Source: Seison nebaliae (taxonomy: Eukaryota). From it: a stretch of DNA of 64,000 nucleotides. The notes beneath the pieces were generated by a model. It did no database searches, was not told the DNA's origin, and saw only the letters and a program-made list of their open reading frames with translations. Shown here one piece after another: positions 14,725-28,273 of this stretch (its first letter is position 1; each line of letters opens with the position of its first letter). The translations under genes were made by a program, and so were the position numbers. The stretch is taken from contig JALJEE010000735.1 of NCBI GenBank assembly GCA_023231475.1, positions 1 to 64,000 of the forward strand, given 5' to 3'.

Positions 14725-16474
14725 ATGATTATTATATCAATCAACTTTATTTTGTTATCTATGGTTCCTCTACATTCTGGCCAGGTTGCAGTTAAAATAA
14801 ATTTTAATTTGAATGCGAAATTGTCTAGAATATTTTTGACAAATTCTGCCTAAACAAAGAAAAATCGCTGACAAATTTTCTATGTCAATTTGAATATATA
14901 AAAGTTCTATTTGGATTTATGAATGAATTTTGAATATTTCCTTACCAATTAGCCCAAGACAGGAAATGTTTCAATATTTGCCATACCCTATGGATTTAAT
15001 GACAACGAGAACTCTTACAAGACAGTTAATCAATTGTTTGATGAATGAATATTAAAAGACTGATAAATTGACATCAAAATTAGATATGTAAAGATGAGGG
15101 AAATGTCTTTGAAAATTATTTGATGAAACCATTTTTATTCTGTAATGAGCTTGGAAATGTTGTTCATTGTGTGGGAAATGTTAAATTTTTAGTCGATCTT
15201 CCAACGTGCTTCCAAATGGTCAGTGTTAAATGTGACGATCGCAACATGTTAACAGAAGATGATGTTCAAATAGATAAACTTCAAACTCAATTAGTATTAA
15301 GTGGAAATGCGGTTCAAAGTTATGATAAGAAATATTTCTGGATACCATGTTCATTGGGAGTGATGGTTGGAATAATACAATTAATCTGGTATTGTGTTTA
15401 TAAGAAATGCAAAAAAGATTCACAATACACATTAATTATCATCTTCTTAACTTTGGTGTTATTAAACCCAATATTTTCAATATTCCAATTAATCAACGTT
15501 CCGTTGAGTATTATACTTTTCGAATGTGTCGGTTACTTTTGATAAGGATGATTCAAATATATTAATGATTTTAGATTTTTTCACTTTTGAATTTACTTCT
15601 TTGTTGTTAATTTGGATATTGGATGAAATGTTTCCCAAATATTCAAACAATAGTTACAATTTAATTATTTTATAAAATTATCGGTATTTTTATTATATAA
15701 AGATTGCAAGTTACCTAAAGTCGGAATAACCGCTAGTTTCTGGTTAGTAATTGTAATTTGGTTTCTGGTCAGTTTCGGTACATCAGTTCTTTATTGTGTT
15801 TAGTATAAAATATGTCTATATATCTAATTCGTTTATTTGAAATTTTCAAGATTAATTATCATAGTAGTTTTCTACTAATCAAACAACATCCACTTTCTTT
15901 TGGTACTACAGCGTCCCTAATTGCAATATCATTCCTCAATCACAGTAACACAATATCTGATTCTTATATTGCTATCGAAATTTTATTTAGATTATGTTTA
16001 ATACCAATTCCTATTGTTTATTCACGATTCGCATACCATTGCTTCCGATTGATAAGACAAACTGTTTACGGATTTATATTAGTTTATAATGAACGAAAAC
16101 AAGAAGACAATTCTTCAAAGACGACATATTCAAATACCCAAAGATGTTTTCCTTGTAAAAAACAGAATGAAGATAATGAGATACCAAGAAATGAAAAGGA
16201 GCAGGAAGTTGACAAAGAGAAGGAAATTGATAAACAACCAACTTTGGATGATATAGAAAAAGAAGCCGATGATTGGTTTTCAAACGAAGACAATCCATTT
16301 TCAAGGGAAGACGATCCATTTTCAAGCGAAGACGATCCATTTTCGGAGAAGAATGACGAAAAGAAAAAAAAACAAATGTCTGAAGAAGAAAAAAAGGGAA
16401 TTTTTACAAACTTAGACAGTCAGATCATCCCTGAACCGCTCCCTAAACCAGCCAACAAATCCGCGGGACAGTAA
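14725..16474 (+). CDS. Uncharacterised multi-pass membrane protein with signal peptide, Cys-containing ectodomain and acidic C-terminal tail (7 exons)
   Basis: MIIISINFILLSMVPLHSGQ signal-like exon 1; six GTT-AG introns (14785-14828, 14904-14952, 15024-15083, 15532-15574, 15653-15702, 15798-15850) give one continuous frame through ORFs 15120-15542 and 15812-16474; several hydrophobic segments. Confidence 0.7.
16277..16344 (+). repeat. 21-nt coding tandem repeat, ~3.2 copies (FS-N/R/S-ED-N/D-P)
   Basis: ttttcaaacgaagacaatcca / ttttcaagggaagacgatcca / ttttcaagcgaagacgatcca / ttttc. Confidence 0.85.
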
Positions 16475-16966
16475 AGAACCTCTACTAAACCTACAGTAAT
16501 AACTATATGAGTAGAGAAAATCATCAGATAATAAATTTATGAGTAGTGAGACTATCTTATTAATAATAATAAACAAGTATTGATAAATTTTCAAGAGCTA
16601 TCTTCATCGAATAAAATAATCGGATAAATATTGTCATATCACGTCAATTCGACGACTGTTGATGTAAGAGAAAAGAATAATATCTAATCCATTAAGGTAT
16701 TTGTTATTAGAACAATTAATATCGAAACTCATCTCCACTTTTCGAGGAGGAGATGAAGAAAAAGAGTCATTTCATCTATTAATTTCTCAATTTGAAATAA
16801 TGGTATTAACGATTATCAATTGTCATTGCCGTCAAATGATAATCGATAAAATTGAAAATATTAATCACATTGATTTAAATCAAGGAAAATTGAGCGAAAT
16901 TAATTTGCTCTTAATACAATGACGTTTCATCGCCTTTACTCGAATTAATCAATTTCGATCAATTAC

Positions 16967-16976
16967 TATATAAAAG
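16967..16976 (+). promoter_or_regulatory. TATA box candidate (TATATAAAAG)
   Basis: Canonical TATA sequence 73 nt upstream of the ATG at 17040. Confidence 0.5.
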
Positions 16977-17039
16977 ACGATCAATACCTTCTACACTACC
17001 ATTCTTCTTCTTAAATCATTCGATTTTCACTAAACTACA

Positions 17040-18353
17040 ATGGATCAATTCGAGTACAGTAACGAGCAATATGGTACAGCAGCATCAGTAGATCAATATG
17101 GATTTGATTCGAATATTGGCGAAAGAGTATTCGGCAACGAAGAAGCCACACAATATGCCAATGAAGAGCAGTATGGTAATATTAATGGCGAATTAAATCA
17201 AATTCAAATGCAACATGTATTTAACAATGCGGAAGCTGGTTTATATGCGGAAAATTCGGCTGCTAATGCAGATGGTAATTGGCAAACTGCCCTTCGTTCC
17301 GAATCAACTTTACAACATCGTATGGATGATGAAAATGAAAAGATTAAACAAATGAATAGCGAACAATTACAATACCAAATAAATTACGATCCAAATCCTC
17401 AAGTAATTAAGAAACAGAACAATGAAAATGTGGAATATAAACAAGAAGTTGCTATTCGGTATCTTCAACCACCAACTCCACCCCCACCTGGTCCAATCAT
17501 TATTAAAGAGGTCAGACCACCACCAGCACCTGCAGCTCCTCCAGTTATTGTACGTCAACGACCTCCAAGACCGTTAACTCCACCTCCAATTGTCGTCCGA
17601 GAACAACCACCAACTCAACCCCAACATTTACCCCCAAAAATTATCACTAAACAATTACCGAGAAATGTACCACCTCCACGACGTGTCATTGTTGAACGAT
17701 TGCCTCCACTACCACCAAAACCAAGAAGTTTAATTGTAGAAAAATGGTTACCCTACAAAGACCAAAAACGACGTGTGGTGTACCAAAGAGCCGCAGTAGA
17801 AAAACCACAAGAAAAGGTAAGAAACTTAATTGTGGAATGGGCCGGACCAAGATCGAAAATTGTGAAAGAAATTCGTAATTTAGGAGTAATGAAAGTAAAC
17901 CCGAAAATTTATCTGGAAAAATATGGTGGAAAATTAGCGAACACAGCATCGGTTCATGGCGCATTATCAAACTTTGGCTTATCGTTGTCCCACAAAGCTC
18001 TCGCACCACCAACTACGGTACTGAACGAAATTCGGCAAACTCCTTCACTCGATTTCCAACGGACACAATCCCAAACTCCAATTCGAAGTCAAACGATGGA
18101 TTTCAATAACTTCTCTTCCTATGGGAAAATGTCACAAGTTCAAAGTCGTCAAGTATCGCGTACGGTAACCCCGGCTGTCTCGAATAATCAGCTTAATGGT
18201 TTAACGAACAGTTATACAAGTGGAACATTGTTTGAAAACGAACAATTCCAAATGGGAGAATTGAAAAATGATGTACGTAATATTGTCAAACGGTATGAAA
18301 TTCCTGGATATCACACATTTGCTGTATTGAATGGTCGTTTGAGTCGAATGTGA
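17040..18353 (+). CDS. Intronless 437-aa protein with Pro-rich conserved core (INYDPNPQ...YLQPPTPPP...RRVIVERLP...EKWLPYK); paralog of 56581-58344
   Basis: Single ORF with raised GC; ~220-aa core aligns by eye with the 587-aa ORF, plus a shared C-terminal motif. Confidence 0.85.
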   Translation: MDQFEYSNEQYGTAASVDQYGFDSNIGERVFGNEEATQYANEEQYGNINGELNQIQMQHVFNNAEAGLYAENSAANADGNWQTALRSESTLQHRMDDENEKIKQMNSEQLQYQINYDPNPQVIKKQNNENVEYKQEVAIRYLQPPTPPPPGPIIIKEVRPPPAPAAPPVIVRQRPPRPLTPPPIVVREQPPTQPQHLPPKIITKQLPRNVPPPRRVIVERLPPLPPKPRSLIVEKWLPYKDQKRRVVYQRAAVEKPQEKVRNLIVEWAGPRSKIVKEIRNLGVMKVNPKIYLEKYGGKLANTASVHGALSNFGLSLSHKALAPPTTVLNEIRQTPSLDFQRTQSQTPIRSQTMDFNNFSSYGKMSQVQSRQVSRTVTPAVSNNQLNGLTNSYTSGTLFENEQFQMGELKNDVRNIVKRYEIPGYHTFAVLNGRLSRM

Positions 18354-18652
18354 TTTAGTTCCAAAAAAAATTATTTTAATACAACTCCTTACACAGACAC
18401 ATTGTTTTTACGCTTTTCCTATCGATTAATCTTTTTGTCAAACATTCTATTTCTCTTATCAGTAACAAATGTAACATTAGTAACAAAGTAACGTTTAAGA
18501 AAAAAATTGGGAAAATTTTAATGTAACATTCTGCAACATCAAAAAATTTGTCTTAGAAACGAAATTTTCATTTTAGATCATTATCAATATTTCTGCTTCT
18601 ATTTTCAGCAAAATAAATATTTACCACAAATAAAAAATTATAATAATTATCT

Positions 18653-20037
18653 TTATTGATATGACGTTCGGATCATGGATAAAATATATTGTACTTTTTT
18701 GGAATTGGTCAAAGCGAGTTTCAGTTCAAACACGAGAAATTGAACGATCATATAAGAATAGAGAATGAAAAAAGATTTTTTTGGAGTCATATGAATTGTG
18801 TCCAAGAAAATATTACCGAGACCGGTAAGAAGATTTGAGAATAGAAAGAAGAGTAATCCATTCTTATTCACCAAACGAGACAAATGATCAATTGGTTTAG
18901 AAGAATATGATTTTCTGATCAAATAATAAAGGAAATAATTGAATTGAAAGATTATAAAAACTATCAAAATATAAGAGATGTTACATAATCGTCTACTAGA
19001 TTCGATGAAATGGATAATAGATAAAGAGATGAAGAATAGAATGAAATAAGAGAAATTTAAAATTTGTAAATTATCTTTTTTTGAGAGTGTCAATTCTTTA
19101 AACGAATAAGATAACATATAAAGTGAAACATAACCGAGTAATGATGAAATGCCTTCAATATTTTGAAGAATTAAATTTCCATTTAATCTTTCAATTAAAG
19201 TCGGATTTAAACCATATACACCGAAACTTCTTAAAAGAAACTCATGTGAAAGAATCAGAATGAATGACAAGATGAATTGAAATGGAATTGAATTGATATT
19301 AAAGATTTTCCATAAAATTGTTCCGATCAATTCACCAATGGCCAGCGTAAAGAAGAAATTCCAATGAATTCCATATTCGGTGATATGATTCTGATAATTG
19401 AGGAATTGTATGGAAATCGATCGAATCGTGCCAACGAGTAATAAGAATAAAATTTTGTAAGTAATCCTCGAGAATTTTTGTTTTCGATGAAATGACATTC
19501 CATTAATTAACATGAACATTCCAACACCAACATCCATAAAAGAAATACCGGTCAATTCTGTTTTAATTAATGATCGTGGGAAGACGGTGGGGAAATCGAC
19601 AGCAAAAATGCAAAATGATGTTACTATCAATAAATCGGATCGTAAAGAACGAATAATTTCATTTGGTAACGGTTCATTCTTTATCGACTGATTATTTCGT
19701 AGATAATAAAAGAAGATAATGGAGGACATAACAATAAAATAATGGAGAATGTATTCATTAAGTTTTTCATAGAAAACCATCGAAATTATAATTTTTAATA
19801 GAGTCTTCAAATAACTTTGCAATTTACTAAAACGAATGTTGACATATTATATCCAATTATACAAAGAATAAGAACTAACTAATGTCTGATGATTCGATTG
19901 AGTATCAGTTCCAGAGGCAAATGAGACAACACTGGAATTGCTACCAACAAACAAACTTTGTATAATTCATCTCCACTATTGTGGGAGACGAGAAGTTCTT
20001 TCTCCAATTTCACAGATTGATCAATGACAGTTTTCAT
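18653..20037 (-). CDS. PIGW: GPI inositol acyltransferase PIG-W/GWT1 (exons 20037-19880, 19826-18653)
   Basis: Motifs IFAVDFPTVFPRSLIKTELTGISFMDVGVG, YQNHITEYGIHWNFFFTLA, NIEGISSLLGY, SRRLCN, NGLLFFLFSNLLTGLGN; 53-nt GTT-AG intron 19827-19879 links the N-terminal EKELLVSHNSG exon. Confidence 0.95.
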
Positions 20038-20203
20038 AATGATTTTGACATTTAAGTAAATTTAAATTATAACCCGAAAAAAAGAGCGCTTTATTTTTAA
20101 AATAAATTATTTTCTTTTTATTTGACAATCTTTTAATTTTTGAAAAAATTTAAGTTTCAAAAACTTATTTCTATAGTGATTATGTACACATTATAAAAGG
20201 AGG

Positions 20204-22254
20204 ATGTCGTTAACTGACGTTTTAGATGGCCGAGATAAGCAGATTGAGGAACTGAAAAATGTTATTAAGATGATGAGAAATGAATATGAAGTGTTAGCGG
20301 ATAAAATGGAACAAGATAGTTGCAGACAACCGATCATGTGCTCAATTGGAATAAATACAGAAGATATGGAATCCGATAGAAAAGAAAATACGAAGTTTGA
20401 TAATTCGAGTGAAATGGAAGAAAACTATGAAAATATTCAAGATAACTGTTCACATGTTATCAACAAAAATTATCAATTGAAAATGTTGTTCAATCATTTG
20501 TCAATCAACGAAAGTTCAATTTATTCTCATGAAATTATATAATATTTTAAATTTGTAAAGGTAAGTTGTCAAACGAATTAACTAACTGGAAAGTCAAATG
20601 GAAACGATTAAAAATCGAATATGATCGCATGAAAACTCAATTTTCAGAAAATTTAAAAAAAGTTCTAGTTCTGAAGTTTATCTCGTATAGATTGATAATA
20701 TAATAGAAATATAATAATTTTTTAATTGATAATCACTTTGTTTTAATAACTTATAAATTGTTTTAATATCTTTTATTTTCAGGTATCATTAAGAGAAACT
20801 GAATTGGAGAGTGAGAATTATCAATTGAAAGAAGAACTTGATAACTATAAAGATAAATTGGAGGAATTGAAGATGATGAAGGAGAATATTGATAATAAGT
20901 TGGAAGAGAAACGAATGGAATGTCAAGAATATTACAAGACCGTACTCGTGAAAAATAAGGAGATAACCCAAATGGAAAGAAAAGTTCTTAAATTTCTAAA
21001 AATTTCTCCTTCTGAAATGATTTTTTAGTTAGCATCTCAAATTATTGATAACGTCGATATGGAGGATGCACCCGATAGTAAAGATTTGATGATACACTAT
21101 TTGAAGAATGAATTAGACACATTAAGTGAACGTGAAGGAAAACTTACGGATGATATTAATAGTGTGAATTTTTAATTTTTCCAAATTTATTCATCATAAA
21201 ATTTTGATTAAATTAAATAGATATTTATGAACAATGTTCTCATTCGTCGACTGATTCGTTAACGGATCAAAAACTAATGGAGAATGAAGAGAAGAATGAA
21301 AAAGAATTCGTTCAAAATGATTACAAGATTGTGCGAAAATACAAAATATTATTAACTCAATATAAACAGTTGAATGAGAAATATCAGAATGTGTATAAAG
21401 AAAACCTGAATCTAATGGAGGCGAGTAATCGATTACATTGGCAAATGAGGAGTAAAACGACGTCACATACAACTAATCGTCTTATTCATAAAAGTTCGTT
21501 ATTATTAGAAGACTATTAATTTTATTAGAGCGAATCCTAATTCGGACTATTATAACATTTGAAAATTAATGACAATAGTCTATCCCATTATATCGATAAA
21601 TGTTCTGCATGACATATATGTATATAAATCTTTATATCGAAATTTAAATATATGAATTTTCATTATGTTTATATAGAATCGATTAATCGTTCAGTGCAAA
21701 CGAATAACCAATCGGAAGTAGCATTATTAATGAAGGAATTCTTAAATCGTATGCATATCGAATATCAGAAGAAGAAGAAGAAGGGAAAGCGAGAGAAACA
21801 TTGGATATCGGAAGGTATTGAACAAAGTGACGATGAAGAAGAATGTCATCGAATGCATAATGTCGATGGGAAAGAAGAAGTAATAAGCCAGCGTAGGCAA
21901 CCATCCGCATACTCACCACGATTGTCATATGAAATGGGGAATGAGGAGATGAAGGAATTATTAACCTCATTCTCCTCGATCGATTTGACCTCTCTATGGA
22001 AATTATTAGAACATGGAACGAACGATTCATTACTCCAAATCAAGAATGCGCCAATAATCGATGACAATATGAGGAAGAATATCGATAGTGAGCATAACCT
22101 ATTTAATGATGATAAATTACATTCTGCTCGTCATAATAATTCTTCAAAAGTGAAGAAAACAACGAAATTAAATACAAGAACATCTAGTCCAAATTTGGGA
22201 AAGCCACGAAAGTCGATGATCATACGTAATTATAGTTTAGGCGAAAATATCTAA
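20204..22254 (+). CDS. Uncharacterised multi-exon coiled-coil protein
   Basis: ORF pieces 20204, 20804, 21277 and 21652 are E/K/L heptad-rich and can be joined by GT-AG introns (e.g. 20514-20560, 21494-21676); head-to-head with PIGW, ATGs 167 nt apart. Some internal junctions are uncertain. Confidence 0.7.
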
Positions 22255-23608
22255 TTTCTTTTTAACATTTCTTTCTCCATTATTCATTTAATGTACATAA
22301 ATTCTTTTCTTTTCCTTTCTCGTTCTGCATTGTCTTCTTTCTTTCAATTAATATCTCAATGAAGGACATGCATCTTTCCGTTTTACCATCTACCGACTCT
22401 GGGAATTGCATGAACATTCAAACGAAATTCATATCGAACCTCATACTTTTCATCCTATGTTATAGTCAGCTTAAATTGTCTGATGAGTTGTCCATCGATT
22501 TTCTTATTTCTTCCGATTATTTCTTATTGAGAAATAAATGGAATAAAAAAATGATTTATATTTTGATGGAAATTTTAGATGAATTTACCGAATAATCTGA
22601 AAAGACTAAATTCGGTTTGGTTCTCATTAGAAAACGATACCGAAGAAAAAGAAATTGTTAGAAAATAATCGTTATAGAATGATTATAATCATTCTATATA
22701 TAGCTGATAATGATAGTTTGAGTTATATAAGTTAGTAAAAAGAATACTTTATTTTTAATTGAAATTAAATTTATCGATTCTTGCATTCTGATTAAGAAGA
22801 ATGAAATTAGTAAATGTTATTTTAATTGTTGAAGGTGTTCCTCAATGTTATCTATTCGGATGTTGGAGATAATTGATGTTATTTAATCTCCATTCATAAA
22901 GTGAAAGCAGAAAGTTACCGATGAAAACACTTATATATCTTATATATCGTCATCATTAAAATATCATCAGTCATATGGAATCGATCATTTTTACTCAGAT
23001 TTAATTACTCGGTTTTTTCTTCTTCTTCTTTTCATTCACCTTCGACGAAGTTGAATTGTGCAAATTTCCTTTCATATCCTATCATAAAAAAGTTTTGCCG
23101 ACGGTTCACATCGTCTTTAAAGAGAATAGGAGAATGTACTTCATAAATTATATTCAATGCATTTTCCTCCATTCGTCCTCTTACCTTGTGCACGTGCAGT
23201 CGTTATGTTTTTTGATAGCAGTAGGTGAAGTATGTGCGTGAAAAATTGGAAATTCTTTTGGCTGGAAAACTTATGTTTTGTTAATTTATTATCAAATAGT
23301 GTCGATTGATGAGTAACTATTTGGTACATTTTGAAGAAGAACATTTATCATACAGATCGATCATTAATACATTAATTACTTGTTCTATATTCTGTTATCG
23401 ATTAAACATCATACCAATTCAATTGAATGACATGATATGATGATAATTCTTGACAGGTAATCATGTTACAATGAATAGTTGAATGTATTGATTTATTCAA
23501 ACATTTAACTCAAAAATCATTTACTCAATTCTATTCAACTTTCATCTGATTAATGAAATGATTCATTAGTTAATTAATAAAAAAAGAAGACGAAGAAGAA
23601 GAAGAAGA

Positions 23609-24455
23609 ATGCAGAATATGCCGATACATATTGATTTGAATTCAGATATGTCGAAAGCGATCGAAGAAGAAAGATCGAAATTATTTGAGATCAAACAGGA
23701 TTTCGACTCATATAATCAATTCGCAAAGAATGATAAAACTACACCAGCAACCAATTTATTTCAACAGCAATCATTCGCATTACAACAACTCCATCAACAT
23801 CTCCAGGAGAAAAGAAGCAACGAACATAACGAAGAGTCGTCCAAAAAATTTAAACACATCAAATACCTCTTCATCGTTCTCATCATCTTTCTACTCATAC
23901 TCCTTCTTGTTTTCATCATTTGCATCTCTGTGTTGTTCAGTCGTCTGAAAGCGACTGAAAAGGAAAACAAAGTATTCGATCGAATTATTCAAAATATGCA
24001 ATCAAAAATCAGCATAAGTTTTTCTTTTCTATCTAATATTCTAATATGTATTTCCTTCTCTTCTTATTCAACTTTATTCAACTTAAGTTGAAAGTGACGT
24101 CAAAAAGGCTAATAATCGAACACAGATCATTCTCAGTCGGATGCCAACAGATTCTGAAAAACAATATCGAATTGGCAATAAAACGTTGTCAATGTTCACA
24201 TGTTTTCGAGCGAAAAATTTCAAACCAAACCAACTTTTTCCAATGCAACCTTGTACAATCTATGAAAAGGAAATTGGGAAACCAACATCGAAACCCGAAT
24301 CAAATCAAAATATTTATAGAAGGATGCAAGGAGAAAGAGGTCCACAAGGTCCACGAGGACAACGTGGTCCTTCCGGAAAATGCCAATGTAATGAAGAATC
24401 AATTATGCATAATATTATTTCTTTACTACCTGTCAATATCAGTTTATCCAATTAA
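23609..24455 (+). CDS. Type II membrane protein with coiled-coil stalk and short collagen-like segment (exons 23609-24017, 24088-24455; ~258 aa)
   Basis: Hydrophobic helix YLFIVLIIFLLILLLVFIICISVLF after basic residues; 70-nt GTT-AG intron 24018-24087 joins in frame to GERGPQGPRGQRGPSGKCQC. Confidence 0.7.
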
Positions 24456-25025
24456 TATTGGTATCTCGTTGACTATGCGATTGATTAGCATTTCCTCATT
24501 TTATCATTACATCTAATAATTTCAACTGAAACAATTTTCATTCATCTCCATCATCTCGTTATGTACTTTTGAGTCAAACGAGGATTATTATTCACCTGTA
24601 AATATTACACATTAATTATGAAATATCATTCAACGATTCATTTATATTTACTTTCTTCTGTCTGGTATTAAGAGATTACCGAATTCATTTATACCCCAAA
24701 CTTCTAACATAAGTTTTAATAACGAATATTTTCTTTACAGTTCTATCGAAATTTTCTAGGAAATATTTTCGAAGAGAAATACATTATTATAATTTTCCTT
24801 ATTAATGAAATATTGATCAATTTATTGATACGTTACTGTTATTTTAAGGATGATTGAGCACGAGAAGTAATTAAAAGAATAATAAACGCGATCAAGGTTA
24901 ATAACTAATACGTCATATTCCAAATTCAGCACTTTACGATGTTGAATTATCTTCTAACTATTTAGCTTTTTTTAAGATACACTTCACTTACCATAATCTA
25001 ATCAATAATAGTTTTTGTAAAAACC

Positions 25026-27159
25026 ATGACCGAAATATTCGAGTGTGTTCCTAACTTTTCCGAAGGAAAGGATTTGGAAGTTTAAATTTTTTTATTTTTG
25101 TTAATAATTTCTCATGCACTTCTCTTAGACTATCAGCAAATTAAGAAAATGTTTGGAAGAGAATGGAGTTTACGTTGCAGACGTTTCAGCAGAAGAATCA
25201 ACTAATAGATCGGTTTTCACTTTATTTGGTTCATCGGAAGTACTCTTGAAAGGATTAATCGGTGCGGCTCATATAGCAGCCGATTGTATCGATATGAGGA
25301 ATCATAAAGGAGAACATGCTCGTATGGGGGCGATTGATGTATGTCCGTTTATACCTTTGAGTAACGTGACAATGGTCGATTGCATTGAACTTTCGAAGAG
25401 ATTTGGAAAGAAATTATCAGAAGAACTAAATGTTTCAGTTTTCCTTTATGAAGAGAGTCAACCGAAAGAATATAGAAAATCTTTAGCGAAAATTCGTCAA
25501 GGTGAATATGAAGGAATGAAAGAGAAAGTTTTATTATTATTTTTTCGTGATTTTAAGGAAATGTGAATAGATAAAAGAAGATAAATGGAAACCGGATTTC
25601 AATGGTGAAAGTTTTAATGAGAAATGGGGTGCAACAGCTATTGGTGCCAGAGAATTCTTAATTGCTTATAATGTCAACATTTTAAGTACAAAAGAAGAGG
25701 CTCATCGAATTGCTTTAAATCTACGCGAAACCGGAAGGAACGATACTAAAGTTTTTTCTTTTAATACCATATTTAAGTTTTATGAAGAAAATAGCCCGGA
25801 AAATTGAAAAATCTCCGAGGTGTTGGATGGTATTTGGCATCGATAGATATGACTCAAATATCATTCAATCTTACTAATTATCATATAACCGGTTTAGGAG
25901 AGGTATATGATAATTGTCTGGATGAAGCAAAAGTTTTATTTTATAAATAACATTATTGTTTTGGTAGAAAAACCTTCATGTAATCAGAAATTAAATTTAT
26001 CGTTACTCGGATCAGAAATTGTTGGCGTTGTTCCATTACAAGCTATGTTAAATGCAGCCCAATATTTTATAGATAAAGAAGATCTACTAATTCTTTCAAC
26101 AAAAAATAAATTACAACTAGTTAAATTTAATTTAAAAAAAAATATTTTTTATAAATTTTATTAGATCATTAATCGACTCGGATTGGGATCAGATTTCGAT
26201 CCTTCGAAAAAAATTATTGAGTTATAATTCCCTTAATTTCATTTTCTTACCAAATTATCAATGTTTATTGAAGATATTTGGTAAAAAATGAAGAGAAAGA
26301 AAAAGAACAATATCCATATTACCATTCCACATTGTACGAATTCAACGATTTAGTGGGAAAAAGAAGTGCAGTTCCAGGAGGTGGTTCTGTCGCCGCTTAT
26401 TCTGTTTCGCAAGTTATTCTATTCTTTTTTCATATAAATAAATTTTGTAAATTAGGGCGCTAATTTATTATTAATGGCTGCAAGTTTATCCAGAGGTAAT
26501 GTGAAGTTCTATAATCAGGATCAGAAGATTAGACCAATTCTGACAAAATTATATGATTTAAGAGAAAAGATGATTTATTTACCGGATGAAGATTGTAATT
26601 ATTATAATGAGTCTATGGTTCATTCTTTTCATCTTAATAATTTTTCATAAATCTTTTTTTCCTAGAAAACTTTGCGGAATAAATCGTCCACTGAAGAAGA
26701 AAAGTTCATTATAATTCTTCTAATTTTCTAATCTAATTTATTTTGATCTAAAATGATATTCCCTGAATATTTTAAAAGAAGTGAAGCAACAATAAATGCA
26801 GCAGTGATTCCATTACGGGTCATGAAATTGGCCGTCGATACAATGAGCGTCGGTGGCGATCTTCATTCACTTTGTAACTCGAATGTACAATCAGATTATC
26901 TGGTTAGTAAATAAATTAATAACATGAAAATTTGAAGTTTCTTTAGACGGGAATGAAATGTTTGGAAGCTGGCTGTTACGGTGCTTATCAAAATGTTCAA
27001 ATCAATTTGAAAGATGTGGAAGATGTAAGCTTAACAAAGAAAGTTCATTTGACATATGAAACATAAAATATTTAACATATGATTTTGATGTAGATGTTGG
27101 AAGATTCGGAGACATATCTCAAGAAGTCGAAATTACTTCTTGAAACGAACATATATTAG
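25026..27159 (+). CDS. FTCD: Formimidoyltransferase-cyclodeaminase (12 exons)
   Basis: [81 protein letters not shown]; 11 introns with donors at 25080, 25528, 25751, 25933, 26120, 26221, 26413, 26618, 26704, 26903 and 27043, all frame-consistent. Confidence 0.97.
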
Positions 27160-27654
27160 AGAGCATTTTTTCTGTTTGAATATCATAATTCTTTCTAAAT
27201 ATTCTGACAAGAATCAACACTTGAGCATTATAGTTAACGCAAATCGATTCATCGATAACCAGTATGAAAAATAATAAAACTTAAAAAATAATCAGAAGTT
27301 TTTGATGTTTTATAAAACATGTCGTAACCTCTGTCAAATTAGGTATATTTTATAAGAGTACATAAAGCGCTGTAAGATAATTCACAAAGTTAAAATCTAT
27401 GCATTAACAAGGAATTTTCCATAAGCTTTCAATTTTCACTCTCTTGCACGTTTCAAAATTTTAAAACTAAAAACAGGTATATTATTAAATTTAAATTAAG
27501 TTTTAATTTATCATTAAATTAATACAAAAATTATATCAAGAGTGTATTATTAGAAAACTATTTGAGAAAAAGGATTCAGATTTTTTTTGTTTTCAGAAGC
27601 TTTCAAAAGAAAGTTTAAACGAATAAAACTTATAAAAACTTTTATCAGATCGTA

Positions 27655-28237
27655 TTTGTAGACGACAGTTCCCAGCACAAAAATAGGACAGTTCTCAACC
27701 TCAAAACATACTGGCCTGGAATCCGGAAAAATCTGAAAAAATTGTAACCGTACATAAAAATTCTCAAAACAAACAGTTAATGAATTATTATTATTAATCA
27801 ATTATAAGAATATAAAAGCAATTAATAAGAATAAAGCTTTTTCGATATTTAAAATTTTAAATTATTCAGATGAAAAATTAAGAAGATTGTTATTTATTGT
27901 TTGAGATCAAATGGACTGATTGAGAAATGAAATTGAATGTTTGAGAATAGATTTCAACGGAATCTAACTTTCATAAATTATAGTATCGATTCCGACCAAA
28001 AAAGAGGATACATTTCTTGGTTCAAAATTGACTACTAACTTCATCTTCTTTCTCATCTTCCACTCAACAAGAAAACTAACATTGTAAGTCAAAAACTATC
28101 CTAATTATGAATTAATAACTCTCCTTTGGAGGATTTTTATGTACGGTTAATACTTTTCTACTTCAATTTTCCGTATATTTTGAGGTTGAGAACTGTCCGA
28201 ACGAATAAAAAACAAGTTGAGAACTGTCGTCTACAAA
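27655..28237. mobile_element. MITE-like non-autonomous element, ~580 bp, with ~110-bp imperfect terminal inverted repeats
   Basis: tttgtagacgacagttc (27655-27671) is the exact reverse complement of 28221-28237; ggacagttctcaacctcaaaacatac (27686-27711) pairs with 28173-28198 with 1 mismatch; aaccgtacataaaaa pairs with 28134-28148; AT-rich non-coding interior. Confidence 0.8.
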
Positions 28238-28273
28238 ATTCTTATACAAATTTACAATCTGTCCGATTACCGT

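Noticed and set aside
25080..27093. Introner (transposon-derived) origin for the uniform GTT introns
   Set aside because: Intron interiors share no visible similarity, TIRs or TSDs, and their positions look ancestral.
25026..27159. Alternative genetic code or frameshifting to explain fragmented ORFs
   Set aside because: Every break examined is explained by a short GT-AG intron that restores the frame under the standard code.
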